A DNA stretch of 64,000 nt, from the NCBI GenBank assembly GCA_951406725.2, contig OX597825.1:82150001-82214000 (forward strand), read 5' to 3'. The DNA comes from Octopus vulgaris (lineage: Eukaryota). Shown here one piece after another: positions 43,803 to 55,954 of the stretch. Both the position numbers and the translations under genes were made by a program. How positions within the stretch are numbered: position 1 is the first letter of the stretch; each line of letters starts with the position of its first letter. The notes below the pieces were generated by a model. That model saw nothing but the letters and a program-made list of their open reading frames with translations. It did not search any database and was not told the origin of the DNA.

Positions 43803-44176
43803 CTTTTCTACAAGAGGCACAAGGCCTGAAATTTGGGGGAGGAGGATAGTCGATTACATCGATCCCAGTACTCAACTGGTAATTGATTTATCGACCCCGA
43901 AAGGATGAAAATCAAAGTCAACATCGGCAGAATTTGAACTCAGAACGTAGCGACTGATAAAATACCTATTTCTTTACTACCCACAAGGGGCTAAACACAG
44001 AGGGGACAAACCAGGACAGACAAACGGATTAAGTCGATTATATCGTCCCCAGTGCGTAACTGGTACTTATTTAATCGACCCCAAAAGAATGAAAGGCAAA
44101 GTCAATCACGGCGGAATTTGAACTCAGAAAGTAACGACAGACGAAATACCGCTAAGCATTTCGTCCGGCGCGCTAA
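43803..44176 (-). mobile_element. SINE family A dimeric form
   Basis: Two cores in tandem; flanked by CTTCAGATCTAATAAT (43787) and CTTCAAGTCTAATAAT (44177), a probable TSD. Confidence 0.85.
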
Positions 44177-44717
44177 CTTCAAGTCTAATAATAACAAACC
44201 AATCATCATACGAAAACGTTAGGTTGAATAACAACTTTGAAGTTTTCGAGGTAAGCTCATAAATTATAGGGGACGCTTATCTTCATGCTTGTCATTCGCT
44301 AGACGTCATATTTGAATGTAAATGATGCGACGTTAAGCTTGACTTTCGCATGTGAATGCTAACGTCTTTCAATGGACGTTAGCATTCACGTTTTTTATCG
44401 CTTCACACGTTGTTGTTGTAGGTGGTGTTGCGGTCGTTTAGCTGCCCCTATCGAAATCCTACCAACCATATCTGAAGACTATCAGCTATGTCTACACATA
44501 TTGGAATTAGTTTAATATCTCGGATGTTACAATGTTATCTATTTCAGTAATCTAGAATTTTCGCAGCATGGTGCTAATGGGCGTAACAGTATGTTTTCCC
44601 TTCTGGATTACACCAAAATCTCCAGAAGACCCTTTTTGGGTTCACCCCCTCCCTGACACACTGTGTAAACTATAATCTATCGAGAAAAAAAAACACACTG
44701 GCCTTATACATACATAT

Positions 44718-45070
44718 ACCTACCTACTTACCTTCCTACATACCTACCTACCTACCTACCTACCTTCCCAACTACCTACCCACCTACCTACCTACCTACC
44801 TACCTACCTACCTACCTACCTACATACATACATACATACATACATACATACATGCATACATACCTACATACATACATATATACGTACATGCATGCGCACA
44901 TACATACATACACACAGACACATACATATATACTTATATGCATACATACATGCATGCATATATACATACACACACACACGCATACATACATACATACATA
45001 CATACATACATACATACATACATTCCTACATACATACATACTCGCTTACATTTATACACACACACACACT
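44718..45070. repeat. (CCTA)n grading into (CATA)n
   Basis: Directly visible. Confidence 0.92.
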
Positions 45071-45673
45071 TTCGTTAGTATATATGTAGTTATATCCATC
45101 AAGACAGACGGTGGTGCGGAACATTATATATAGACATATGTGTGTGTGTGTGTATTGTACGATCGAGTATATGAGCGCGTGTGAGGTTTTGTAGAACTCT
45201 TGTATAGTTTGTGCTACAAGTGATAAAAATAAATTGTCAATTAGCTGGAACTGGAAAATGTTAAAACAGAAGAACAGCATCACAAAACAAAAACAAACAA
45301 GAAAAAACGTGGAATACAAGGAAGATGATTAATATAAAATATGGAAGAATATTACAGAGAAATAAGGAGAGACAGGGAGAGGAGGAGAGAAAAGAGAAGG
45401 AAGGGGGGAAGAAGGAGAGCTAGATTTTGTTGTCGTTCAAACAGCTTATGCCAAAACGGATAGATTAGTGTTTGTATATATATATATATATATATATATA
45501 TACCCGCAAACTCGCATACATTAATATGGAAAGACATATCTAAGTATGTTCAGACATATATGTATAAATGTGTACACATGTTTGTATATATAAATAAATA
45601 TATGTATGTATGTATGTATGTATATATGTATGTATGTATGTATGTATGCATGTATGTATATATATATGTATGC

Positions 45674-45705
<32 letters not shown>

Positions 45706-45812
45706 ATATATGTAAGTTAAATAAGGCCGGTTTATGGGATTACCTTAGGTTTATGGGCTATCATCAGCTGCCAAAATCCATGTATATGTGTGTGTGTGTA
45801 TGTATGTATGTA

Positions 45813-45846
<34 letters not shown>

Positions 45847-47170
45847 CATATGTACTCGTGTAATTATTTCCAGGTGATATCTCTCGTTATATGTTCCTCA
45901 TAACCCAAGATAATCTGTAAGGGCATATCTTGCACGCTAATTCTCACGTCTTTCTTTCATCAAACCAATTCAAACATGGAAACACGAGATTTTCCATGAA
46001 GACTTTGTGGGAGTTGGGAGAGGTGTGAGAGGTGTCGTGTTCACTAACTTTTTTTCAACTGAAAAATTACAAGAATAAAAATAACAAAAATAAAAGAATA
46101 CGAACATAAAAAGTAAACAAAACAAATGCTAGACTTTGTTGCTGGTAATGACGTTGACATCATTGCTGGGTGACCCCTCGTGATCACTGATCGCCAGAGC
46201 TCTGTTAAATATAATAAAAAGACTTATAACTATGATCACTCCCCTTCAACATCAGCAAGCTCTCCCTGTGTGTTTCTTTCTTTTAAAGGCGGCTTGAGGA
46301 AGATGTACCTGCTCTTAATTACTTGTTGAGCGACCACGCGTAACGTTCTCTCGTTAGCTCCCAAAATTAGCATAATCAGTCAGTAGAGCGTGGTTGTTAG
46401 GGAGGAATCATTAAAGCATCGGATAAAATATCTTGCGAATATTTTGTTACATCCAGTTATATTTCTGAGTTCTAGGTACTTAAATTAGCAAACATGAAAA
46501 TGTCGGATAGAAAACCTCGCAGTGTTTCTTCCGAAACCCTCACTAGAGATCCAATCTCTGGAAGGATACCTTTGTGTGTCATTCTTTTGATGTTAAAATT
46601 TTACCAATCCAAAGCGGTGGGTTGGTGGAACTTTGATAATATTGGACTCGGTGCCTTGTGATATTTGTTCCTAACTGGGTGGTTGACTTAATTCCTGACC
46701 TGCTTTAATACCACCAGTTTTGGTGCCTTCTATTGGAAGCATTTAAGCCAGGACTATCGTTTGAAGATAACTTCCTCTCACTTGGCATTTTCGATAGCTT
46801 CAGCTGACCTATATTTTGTCAGTGGCATTGGATTGCTACAGAACATTTGCTGGGTAGAATCCCCACTGCTGATGAAAGGGGATTCTTTATAATTATATCC
46901 AACGAAAATGACAATGATTAGCACCCACTGATAAAAAAAAAAAACGGAAATACATCTCCAGACCAGGACTGCACCAAAAAACCGTTGTGATCTTTGTTTC
47001 GTGAGATATGGATGGGGTCGATTTTTTTCATGGTGTGTTAAAGCAAACTGTTCATTAGAAATATTGTTGTCGGTTGGAAGCATTGCACAAATTTTGCAGC
47101 AAAAACGCCCACCATCGGTCATAAAGGAGTGTTGATCTTTCACGACAATGCGATGAACATGTATTGCCCA

Positions 47171-47372
47171 TTTCAGTTCTGTATTTAAAAGATGAGGAAT
47201 TATGTACATTATTTACATTATTTACATTTGATGGATATTTGTCCTCATCTTGTTTGTTGCTAACACAACGTTTCGCCTGATATATCCTCCAGCCTTCATC
47301 AGGTGTCTTGGGGAAATTTCGAACCTGACTTCTCAATCCTAAAGTATTTTCAATATTATAATAATAAAATAA

Positions 47373-47417
<45 letters not shown>

Positions 47418-47433
47418 TATTATAATAATGATG

Positions 47434-47486
<53 letters not shown>

Positions 47487-47540
47487 TATTATAATAATGA
47501 TGATAATAATAATAAATAGTAAATAATGTAAATAATGTAT
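47171..47540 (-). mobile_element. Hammerhead-containing short retroelement, copy 1 (no tRNA head; inverted partial terminal repeat)
   Basis: Body 47205-47355 matches 49482-49640; tail tacattatttacattatttac (47204-47224) is mirrored at 47519-47539; flanked by TGCCCA on both sides. Confidence 0.7.
47262..47307 (-). ncRNA. Minimal type I hammerhead ribozyme motif
   Basis: Minus strand: GACAC-CUGAUGA-A-GGCUGG-aggauaua-UCAGGC-GAAA-CG-UU-GUGUU. Stem I GACAC/GUGUU, stem II with one G:G mismatch, palindromic ACGU in place of helix III. Predicted cleavage between 47267 and 47266. Confidence 0.65.
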
Positions 47541-47879
47541 ACTGCCCAAGTTACTCCGGAAAAGATTATGACACAACTTTTTCGTTTTCCCGATCTTGCT
47601 CCATCTGACTATCATCCATTCACGGCATTGCAACTTTATTTCGATTGGAAAAGAGTTTGTCAATTGTGAAGGAGTTAAAAATTATATTGAATAGTCTTTG
47701 CTTCTAGACTTGAAGACTATTGCGCCCGAGACATCGACAATTTGCCAAATAGATCAGTAATGAGGGGAAATATTATATTGATTAAATATTATAATTTATT
47801 GATTAAATATTATAATTTATTAAATATACCAATTGAAACCGAAGAAACATTTGTTTCTTTCTCATTCTTATATTTTGTT

Positions 47880-48271
47880 ATTCTTTTATTTGTTTCAGTC
47901 AATTGACTGCGGCCATGCTGGAGCACCGCCTTCAGTCGAACAAATCCACCCCAGAACTTATTCTCTGTAAGCCCAGCACTTATTCTATCGGTCTCTTTGC
48001 CGCACCGCTGAGTTATGGGGACGCAAACACACCAGTTTCGGTTGTCAAGCGATTTGTGGGGAACAAACAGAGACACACAAACACACACAAACACACACAC
48101 AAACACACACACAACACACACAAGAACATATATATGCGACGGACTTCTTTCATTTTCCGTCTACCAAATCCACTCACATGGGTTTGGTCGGCCCGAGGCT
48201 ATAGTAGAAGATACTTGCCCAAGGTGCCGGAACCATGTGGTTGGTAGGCAAGCCGCTTATCACACAGCCAT
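47880..48271 (-). mobile_element. SINE family B, near full length
   Basis: Head, CORE-like motif, internal (TG)n and tail all present. Confidence 0.85.
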
Positions 48272-48700
48272 GTTGAAATCCTATGTAACTTTCTTTCCAT
48301 CCTAATATATAATCATTTTTCTTCAGTCCTTTTTCCTTCTTCAGTAACTCACGTGACTAAGAAAACATTTCAAAATGAAGATCATCACGTCTGAGACCTC
48401 GTTAGAACAAACCTTCTAATAATACCGAATGGGAGATAACACAAATAAACAATCATACACAAACGTATGGATTATCATTTGCACTCTGTATTTACTTCAG
48501 AGTAGCATGTTTAAAACTATAAATGTCGGTTTATTATTGCCGGATTAAACGGATGTTGGTGTCTACTAGGCACGTTGACTCGAAATGAATGTAAATATTT
48601 TATTAAGAGCCGGAAACATAAGTGTAATCACAGAGAGGTTTGTAATTAGTCACTAATCAACATTAGCCACTCCTACGGGGTAAATATATATATATATATG

Positions 48701-48738
<38 letters not shown>

Positions 48739-48827
48739 ATTGTAGCGAAACATCAACAAGTATGTCATCATAGCGGTTTATAATTATCGATGTAAGCTTC
48801 GTAACAACAACAACAACAACAACAACA

Positions 48828-48888
<61 letters not shown>

Positions 48889-49156
48889 TTATGGTAGCAA
48901 TCATCATCACTCCACCGCAAAAACCATTGGCACCAAAAACCTTCACCTCCGACGGCGACGCCGCCGCCCTCTCCCCAACAACAACAGCAACAACAACGAA
49001 AATGACAATAACATCGTCATCATCATCGCCATCATTATTTTCGTCAGTAGGAATTTTTCTGTTGCAAATGTGTAGGCAGATTAAATAAGTAATGAGACTA
49101 CTTAAACGAGAATATTTCTTTCTTTCCCCCCTCTCCCTCTCGCCTGCTTTCTCTCT

Positions 49157-49199
<43 letters not shown>

Positions 49200-49351
49200 T
49201 AACAGTCTATAAAATATTTTATATATGCTCTTCTTTATTCTTTAATTTCAACTTCAATATTCTTATCCCACCAAAGATTTTAAAGAAATAATTATCTCCC
49301 TTGAATAATATACATCCTTACACGCGCTTTAGAACGCCCCTCCACCACATG

Positions 49352-49383
<32 letters not shown>

Positions 49384-49481
49384 ATATATATATACATGCT
49401 CTTGAATGTTAATTTCAAGAGCATGCTGTTCCGTTGATCGGATCAACTGGAACGCTCGTCGTCGTAACTGACGGAATGATA

Positions 49482-49738
49482 TTATTTACATTATTTACAT
49501 TTGACGGATATTTATCATCATCATTTTTGTTTCTAACTCATCTTTTCTGTTTAGGCTTCTATATCCTCCAACCTCCAACCTTCATCAGGTGTCTTGGCGA
49601 AATTTCGAACCTCTGTTCTCATTCCTAAGATATTTTTCGATGTTGTTATTGTTGTTATTATTATTCATGTCACTGCCTGGAATCGATCTCGGAATCTTGG
49701 AGTTAGTCGACCGCGCTCTTAACCACTAAGCCATATGC
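49482..49738 (-). mobile_element. Hammerhead-family short retroelement, copy 2, with tRNA-like Pol III head
   Basis: Minus strand: A box TGGCTTAGTGG (49723-49733), B-box-like GATCGATTCC (49679-49688), (AAT/AAC)n, then caagacacCTGATGAagg with a decayed GAAA half, and tail atgtaaataatgtaaataat. Confidence 0.72.
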
Positions 49739-49948
49739 GTAGTTTAGCTTTTTTTTAAAGTTTTATAAATAGGTGTGTGTGTGTGTGTGCGTGCGCGCGC
49801 ACGTATTTATTAATATTTATCAGAAGCAACAAACAACGACCTTTTTCGTGCGTTAGCACTAACCTGATATAAATAATAATATTAATAATAATAATGATAA
49901 TTACATAAATATTTATATACGGATGCATGTATCTGTCTTTTAATATGC

Positions 49949-49988
<40 letters not shown>

Positions 49989-50019
49989 TGGTGGGGGGAA
50001 GGTGTGCGCTCTGATCTCT

Positions 50020-50160
50020 GTCATCCGACGATGGCACTTCAGTTGTTGAATCAACTGAACTGCCTGCCCTTGAATTAACGAGTAAGTGGATGCGTATTCC
50101 ACAGATATTGTGTACCCATAACGAAGTTCTCGAGGAGAATCAGCTTGACACGGCGTATGC
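50020..50160 (+). repeat. Dispersed structured repeat (family D); other fragments at 4130-4185, 49395-49480 and ~59270-59342 (all minus)
   Basis: Shared motifs 'cagttg..caac.gaac' hairpin and 'ttccaca.....gtgtaccc.taacg'. Confidence 0.55.
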
Positions 50161-50447
50161 CATAAGACAGTGTTTTTCGAATTACGGGTACAACCCACCC
50201 GACGGGCTTCTATACAATTTCCGTCTACTCATTGTCAACCATAAGGTGTGTGTCAAGCCGAGTCTGCAGAAAATGCCTTGTTGCCCAAGATAGCCATGCA
50301 GTGAGATCGAAACCGGAACCTTATACTCGCAAACCCAACCTTCTTAACTATCTGGTCATACTACTCTTACATATATGTGTGTATATATATATGTATGTAT
50401 GTATATATATATATGTTTCTATATATGTATGCACGTATGCGTGTGTG

Positions 50448-50492
<45 letters not shown>

Positions 50493-50494
<2 letters not shown>

Positions 50495-50640
50495 GACGGG
50501 CTTCCTTCAGTTTCCATCAACCAAATATACTCCCAAGGCTTTGGTCAATCCGAGGCAATAGTAGAAGACACTTACCCAAAGTGCCACGCGGTGGAACTGA
50601 ATCCGGAACCATGTGGTTGAGAAGAAAACTTCTTACCACA
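50493..50640 (-). mobile_element. SINE family B 5' half (a more decayed copy lies at ~50200-50350)
   Basis: cgacgggcttccttcagtttcc...gaagacacttacccaaagtgccacgc...ggaaccatgtggttg. Confidence 0.8.
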
Positions 50641-51733
50641 CATCCCCCCACCGGCACCTTCGCTACACATGCATACACTTGCACGTATGTATAAACATAT
50701 GTGGAAGCATGCACAGTCTTGGCTTATCCTCCTACTACGCAAAGTGGTTCAACGTTTATTTTATAGATATGAATTTAAAAAAAAAAACGCAGCTAAACAT
50801 TACAATTTAATTACATAATTGAAGAGACAGAGAGAAAAGGATAGGCCAGCACTTTGTCACATACTTAGAAACATAACTGTCGTCTGCCGAATGATAAATG
50901 CGGTATTTAAATCCCATTTGTGATTATATTCCGATATTCCCGCTTCAAAATGGTGCTTACAGTGTCGAAAACTTTAATCCGTTTAAAATTTCATTCGTAA
51001 GATCTCCTAATATGTCATAGAAACTTCCAGAAACCTTATATTTCTATCAATCTGAAGATTTTATTTCATTATTCAACATGGTTCTCCAAATATTTTAATC
51101 ATTTCTCCCTGATTTATTTTCCCCGTAATCTCTCTCTATTGTATTACTTTCTTCGACTCCGTTGCAACACATGATCCGAAAGTCTACGACTTGAGTTCAA
51201 ATACCGACAATGTCATCTTTGCGTTCCTTTTTTTTTTAATTTCCTTACATTTTGTTTACCTTTAAAAAAAAATCTTTTCGTGCTTCGTAAATGTAATACC
51301 TTCCTAGTGCTGTCTATCATTCTATCCTTTCTAGCTGTCACGTCCTAGGTGTTCTATAAGAACAAGGATGCTGGGGATCTTGAGGAGTCTAGACGACTCC
51401 TTATCAGTGCAAAGAACACCCAAAACAGTTAGCAAAAGCGTGGGACATATTCATACCAAGTCATCCTCCTTATATCACCCAACTCATATATGATATATTA
51501 TACACGCTTAGTGTATATATACGCGCTTAGTGTTGCCTACTCAGTACAATAGTAGAACTAAATACGTTTTATTTTGATGGAGTTTGGATCTTCTCCTGTG
51601 AACTCACACGGCGATAAGGCTAGCTAAAAGCTGCGACTGGCCAGATGACTTTGTATGCACAGTGTGTCCTTTCTCTGTATCTACGTATTTCATGTTATTT
51701 GCACCGTTGGTGACGTCCTGTACCCATATATGC

Positions 51734-51769
<36 letters not shown>

Positions 51770-51770
51770 T

Positions 51771-51809
<39 letters not shown>

Positions 51810-53015
51810 TTTATTATATATATATATATATTATATTTTATTTATGACTAGCACTATGATTCGGCAAAGTCTTTAAAAATAGTAATGATTGTTTGCAATT
51901 AGTCACAACAGCTCAGACGAATCAGAGTGTCTTCTAAGAGGGCGTTACATACAACTCGTTAAAGAAATACTTTTCAAAGGATTTTGGTTAGCAACCGTTT
52001 GTGAACGGAATTGCAGAACAGATCGATCCAAAACTATATATTGCTTGTGTGAGAAGGATTAACTCTGTCAGAATTATCAACGTTTGTTATACAATATCTG
52101 ACTATAACCAATAAATACATTGAAGTAATAATCTGAATGTATTATAAACTGGATGGAAAATTTACCCCGAGGAAACCACCTGGCAGAACTAAAAATAAAA
52201 TAAAATAAATATTCCGATTACTCAAGAGTCTGCAGTAGTTGGAATAACACGACAAAGTTATTATATCAAATTTGAGTTACACTAAGTTCTATAGCACAGT
52301 TAGAAAATTGTCCTCGTCAATGAAAGATGCAGTGCAAAGTCCCTGTGGAACATTATTGGGCAAGAAAGAAAAACAATGTCTAGGTTACAAAGCAAATAAT
52401 TTATAATTTAAACATGGAAAAGAAAAGCGTAGTATATTACGATAATTAGTAGAGCAATGGAGAATAATTCTAATGGTTATTCGGAAAGCTTTGATGCTAA
52501 GAAATTACACTAAATTAAATATTTAATTAAGGAGATGGAATGTAAGAAAAAATATCTATTATTCTGTTTGTAAATAGTGCAGCGGAAACAACTTAGTAAA
52601 TGGCTGCAAATGTATTGACACTTGAGTAATGAACAAGGACGAAGCGGGGGAAAGTTTCAGAAAATACCATCACTCTATGCTGTAAATGTTGCAATGGTGT
52701 TAAAGAATATTTGTTCACCTTTAACATTTAAATGCAACAATAACAAGATGCAGCTACTTATGTGTATTAAACAAGGATGGTGACAGGGGAACAGAAATGG
52801 TTAAACGAGGCCAGCACTTCTGTTTTTGTCTTGTGTTTCCGGTCCCACTACGAGAATTTTTACATTTATTCATCCTGGGGTTTACAAAGTAAGTATCCTA
52901 AACAGGATCTATAGCATTAATTTTACCACTCTTCCTCCCTCTGGTCTGTGGTAATACAAAAAATGACTATAAACAAATCTTGAGAAAGATTAAGCAATGA
53001 AGAGCATAAAGACTG

Positions 53016-53236
53016 TGGAGGCGCGTGGCTTAATGGTTAGGGTGTTGGCCTCAGGATCGTAAGATTTTGGTTTCGACTCCTGGTCTGGGCGATACGTTGT
53101 GTTCTTGAGCAAAACTATTCATTCCAAGTTACCCCAGTTCACTTACCTGGTAAAAATGAGCAACCCTACGACGGATTAGCGTCCCGTCCAGGATGAATAT
53201 ATATACGCCAGAGAAATCGAAAAACCGGTCCTATGC
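53016..53236 (+). mobile_element. SINE family C
   Basis: ggaggcgcgtggcttaatggttagggtg...gtttcgactcc...gttcttgagcaaaac...gcgtcccgtccag. Confidence 0.82.
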
Positions 53237-53905
53237 TCCATAAACAGCGATGTGGACTAACCATAGATAAAAACTACTGAATCAGTAAAGCCCTAGATTT
53301 ACTTCTGTTGCTCCAAGATGTGTGTTCGATTTCATCTTTCATCAACAAAATATTGAAATTTAAAAACATTTCAAATCCCTGTTTTGATAAAATCATACCA
53401 ATTATAGATCAAAATTTATACCCCAATATCCGTAATCCAGCTGAGTTCGTTCGTTTATAATTTTTCCTAATAAATGCTCGCCCAAACTTTTTACAACAAT
53501 TGTTGGCCACTGGTCATAGAACATTGAATGTATTAGCTAAATATCATCACGCAGCATGGAATGGATTGGCTAAATAATGTAGAATATTTGGCGGATAAAT
53601 AGATTGGCTAAGTAACGTGGAATATATAGAGACGAATGAATGAATTGGCTAAATAGCGCAGATTGTATCGGTCAAATAGCATTAAATATATTGGCGAAAT
53701 AACGTAAATGATATTTTAAAAATTATGATAAATATTTTATCAAATAACGTTGAATATATTGGCCCAATAACGTGGATTGTATCGGTTAACTGATGTTACG
53801 TATGCTGCTACAAAGACATTGGATTTATTGGCAATTAGGGGAGATAGTTTTGGTCATGTGACATTAAATATTTAGTGAAATACCGTTGAACATTTAGTTA
53901 AATTA

Positions 53906-54317
53906 AGTGGGCGAGCTGGCGGAATCGTTAGCACACCGGGCAAAATGCTTAGCGGCATTTCGTCTGCCGTTAGGTTCTGAGTTCAAATTCCGCCGAGGTC
54001 GACTTTGCCTTTCATCCTTTCGGGGTCGATAAATTAAGTACCAATTACGCACTGGGGTCGATATAATCGACTTAATCCGTTTGTCTGTCCTTGTTTGTCC
54101 TCTCTGTGTTTAGCCCCTTGTGGATAGTAAAGAAATAGGTATTTCGTCCGTCTTAACGCTTTGTGTTCAAATTCCACCGAAGTCGGCTTTGCCTTTCATC
54201 CCATCGGGGGTAATAAGTACCAGTTTAAGTAAGTACCAGTTAAACATTAGAGTTGATATAATCAATTTATCACCTCCTCCGAAACTGCTGGCCCTGTGCT
54301 GAAATTCGAAATCCATG
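53906..54317 (+). mobile_element. SINE family A dimeric form, full length
   Basis: 13-bp TSD TTTAGTTAAATTA at 53893-53905 and 54318-54330; A and B boxes plus two cores. Confidence 0.92.
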
Positions 54318-54373
54318 TTTAGTTAAATTATGTTAAATATATTGATCAAATAGGGTTACATATATTGACTAAA

Positions 54374-54632
54374 ATATAAATAAATGCGCCCTTTTAAAGC
54401 CTAGTCAAACTCATGGGCCCGGTTTCCGGGTTTCAATGGCGTATGTGTTCCTCAGCTGGACGGGACGCCAGTCTATCGCAGCGTTACTCATTTTTGCCAG
54501 CTGAGTGGATTGGAGCAACGTGAAATGAAGTGTTTTGCTCAAGAACACAACGCGTCGCCCGGTCCAGGAATCGAAACCACAATCTTACGATCATGATGCT
54601 GACACCTTAACCACTAAGCCACGCACCTCCAC
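54374..54632 (-). mobile_element. SINE family C, full length
   Basis: 16-bp TSD ACATATATTGACTAAA at 54358-54373 and 54633-54648; A box TGGCTTAGTGG, B box GTTTCGATTCC. Confidence 0.92.
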
Positions 54633-54793
54633 ACATATATTGACTAAATAACATTAAAGGCATTGGCGAAGTGACTGAAGGTATTGGTCAGATAACAGAG
54701 TCTCACATCTATATTTCAATGGCTTCGTCAGTGCTTCTGTGAGTTGGGAGAGAAAGGTTTGAGAAGATTCTTCTCAAACCGTAAACCTGGGAA

Positions 54794-55081
54794 GGGTATC
54801 TTTTTTCTTCAGAAATGTAAATAAACCCAATCGGTTTCTTAAACGAGGGACATATTCATGCGGCACAGAATGTTTTCACCTCAATAGATGTCATTGATCG
54901 GTTGAAATTGCAGAAATTGAAGAAAAAAACCAACAAATATCTTACAAACTATTGAATTTTCTCAATAAAGCCAAGAGAATAAGATGTTTTATAAACACAT
55001 TCTACCAGTATACGAAGTTTAAAAGTGTTTAGTTACGTGGAAATTATTTTAAAAAACTGCTGTTAAAACCGAAAAGATCCC
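54794..55081. mobile_element. Possible non-autonomous DNA element with a degenerate left end
   Basis: Ends GGGTATCTTTT...AAAAGATCCC; only ~10 bp of imperfect IR visible. Confidence 0.3.
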
Positions 55082-55847
55082 AAAGATGTATATTAAAGGC
55101 CTATAAGTTAGTACTGCATCCTACCTGTGTTAGCAGTGCGATTCAGTTACTTTTTAAATTTATCTCTACACATTATCCATAGAAATTAGAGCCAACACTG
55201 AAAGTTACGACCTTTCGTATACGAATACGTCTTTGTAAACTCAATACAGTCACGAAACTTTCAGCGCTGGGTGACATTTCTATGAAGAAACCTGTAGAAA
55301 TAACTTTAAATCTACAACCTCATATCACAGCAGAAGAAAACGTTAACATTGCAAACCCATCCTTCACCGCTTGTTCACAGAATTCTTAGAATCAGCAGTA
55401 AGACAGGTTCTTGTCGTATTTTGCTTAAACTGCAGTTGAATTACATCGCTTCCCACATATCTTATTTAGATGGTTGGGTCTCACTATCATTTCGTTTACT
55501 CATGTGTTCTTAATTCTCTATGAGTTATTAAGGCAGAAAAAAAAATGAGAAAAAAATGACCGGGTGCTTTCATTTTGTATATAATTAAAACACCATTTCC
55601 TCATTCTTCTTTATCAACAGCAGGTTAATAATTAATAAAAAAGACTCTAATTAACTAATCGCCAAACCGTACTCAATGACATAAACGTAATCAAGCATTT
55701 TTTGTGGACATCTTGTATATATATATATATATATATATACGAATACATGATTTTGTATATGTCTATATGTATATACACATATAGACGCATAGACGTGTAA
55801 ATATACATCCATGTACATATACACGTATATATATTTACACACGAGTG

Positions 55848-55931
<84 letters not shown>

Positions 55932-55954
55932 ATATATATATGTACATGCATTTA

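Larger units (their letters stand above)
46860..47785 (+). pseudogene. Decayed mariner transposase catalytic domain, interrupted by an insertion at 47171-47540
   Basis: TADER.., PGLHQKTVVIFVS*DMDGVDFF, FHDNA, then after the insert PDLAPSDYHPFTALQ: the three D,D34D motifs in order. Confidence 0.75.
53500..54700. repeat. Degenerate 23-bp minisatellite (approx. ATTGGCTAAATAACGTGGAATAT) interrupted by two SINEs
   Basis: Consecutive units attggctaaatagcgcagattgt / atcggtcaaatagcattaaatat / attggcgaaataacgtaaatgat from 53645; units resume at 54318-54373 and 54633-54700. Confidence 0.75.

Noticed and set aside
50020-50160. HDV-like ribozyme in family D
   Set aside because: I could not build the nested double pseudoknot (P1.1, catalytic C in J4/2) from these copies.
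51850-52900. Long AT-rich unique stretch, possibly an old transposase
   Set aside because: No recognisable motif or open frame by eye; needs tblastn.
53500-54700. CRISPR-like repeat array
   Set aside because: Units are adjacent and degenerate with no unique spacers and no cas genes; eukaryotic context.
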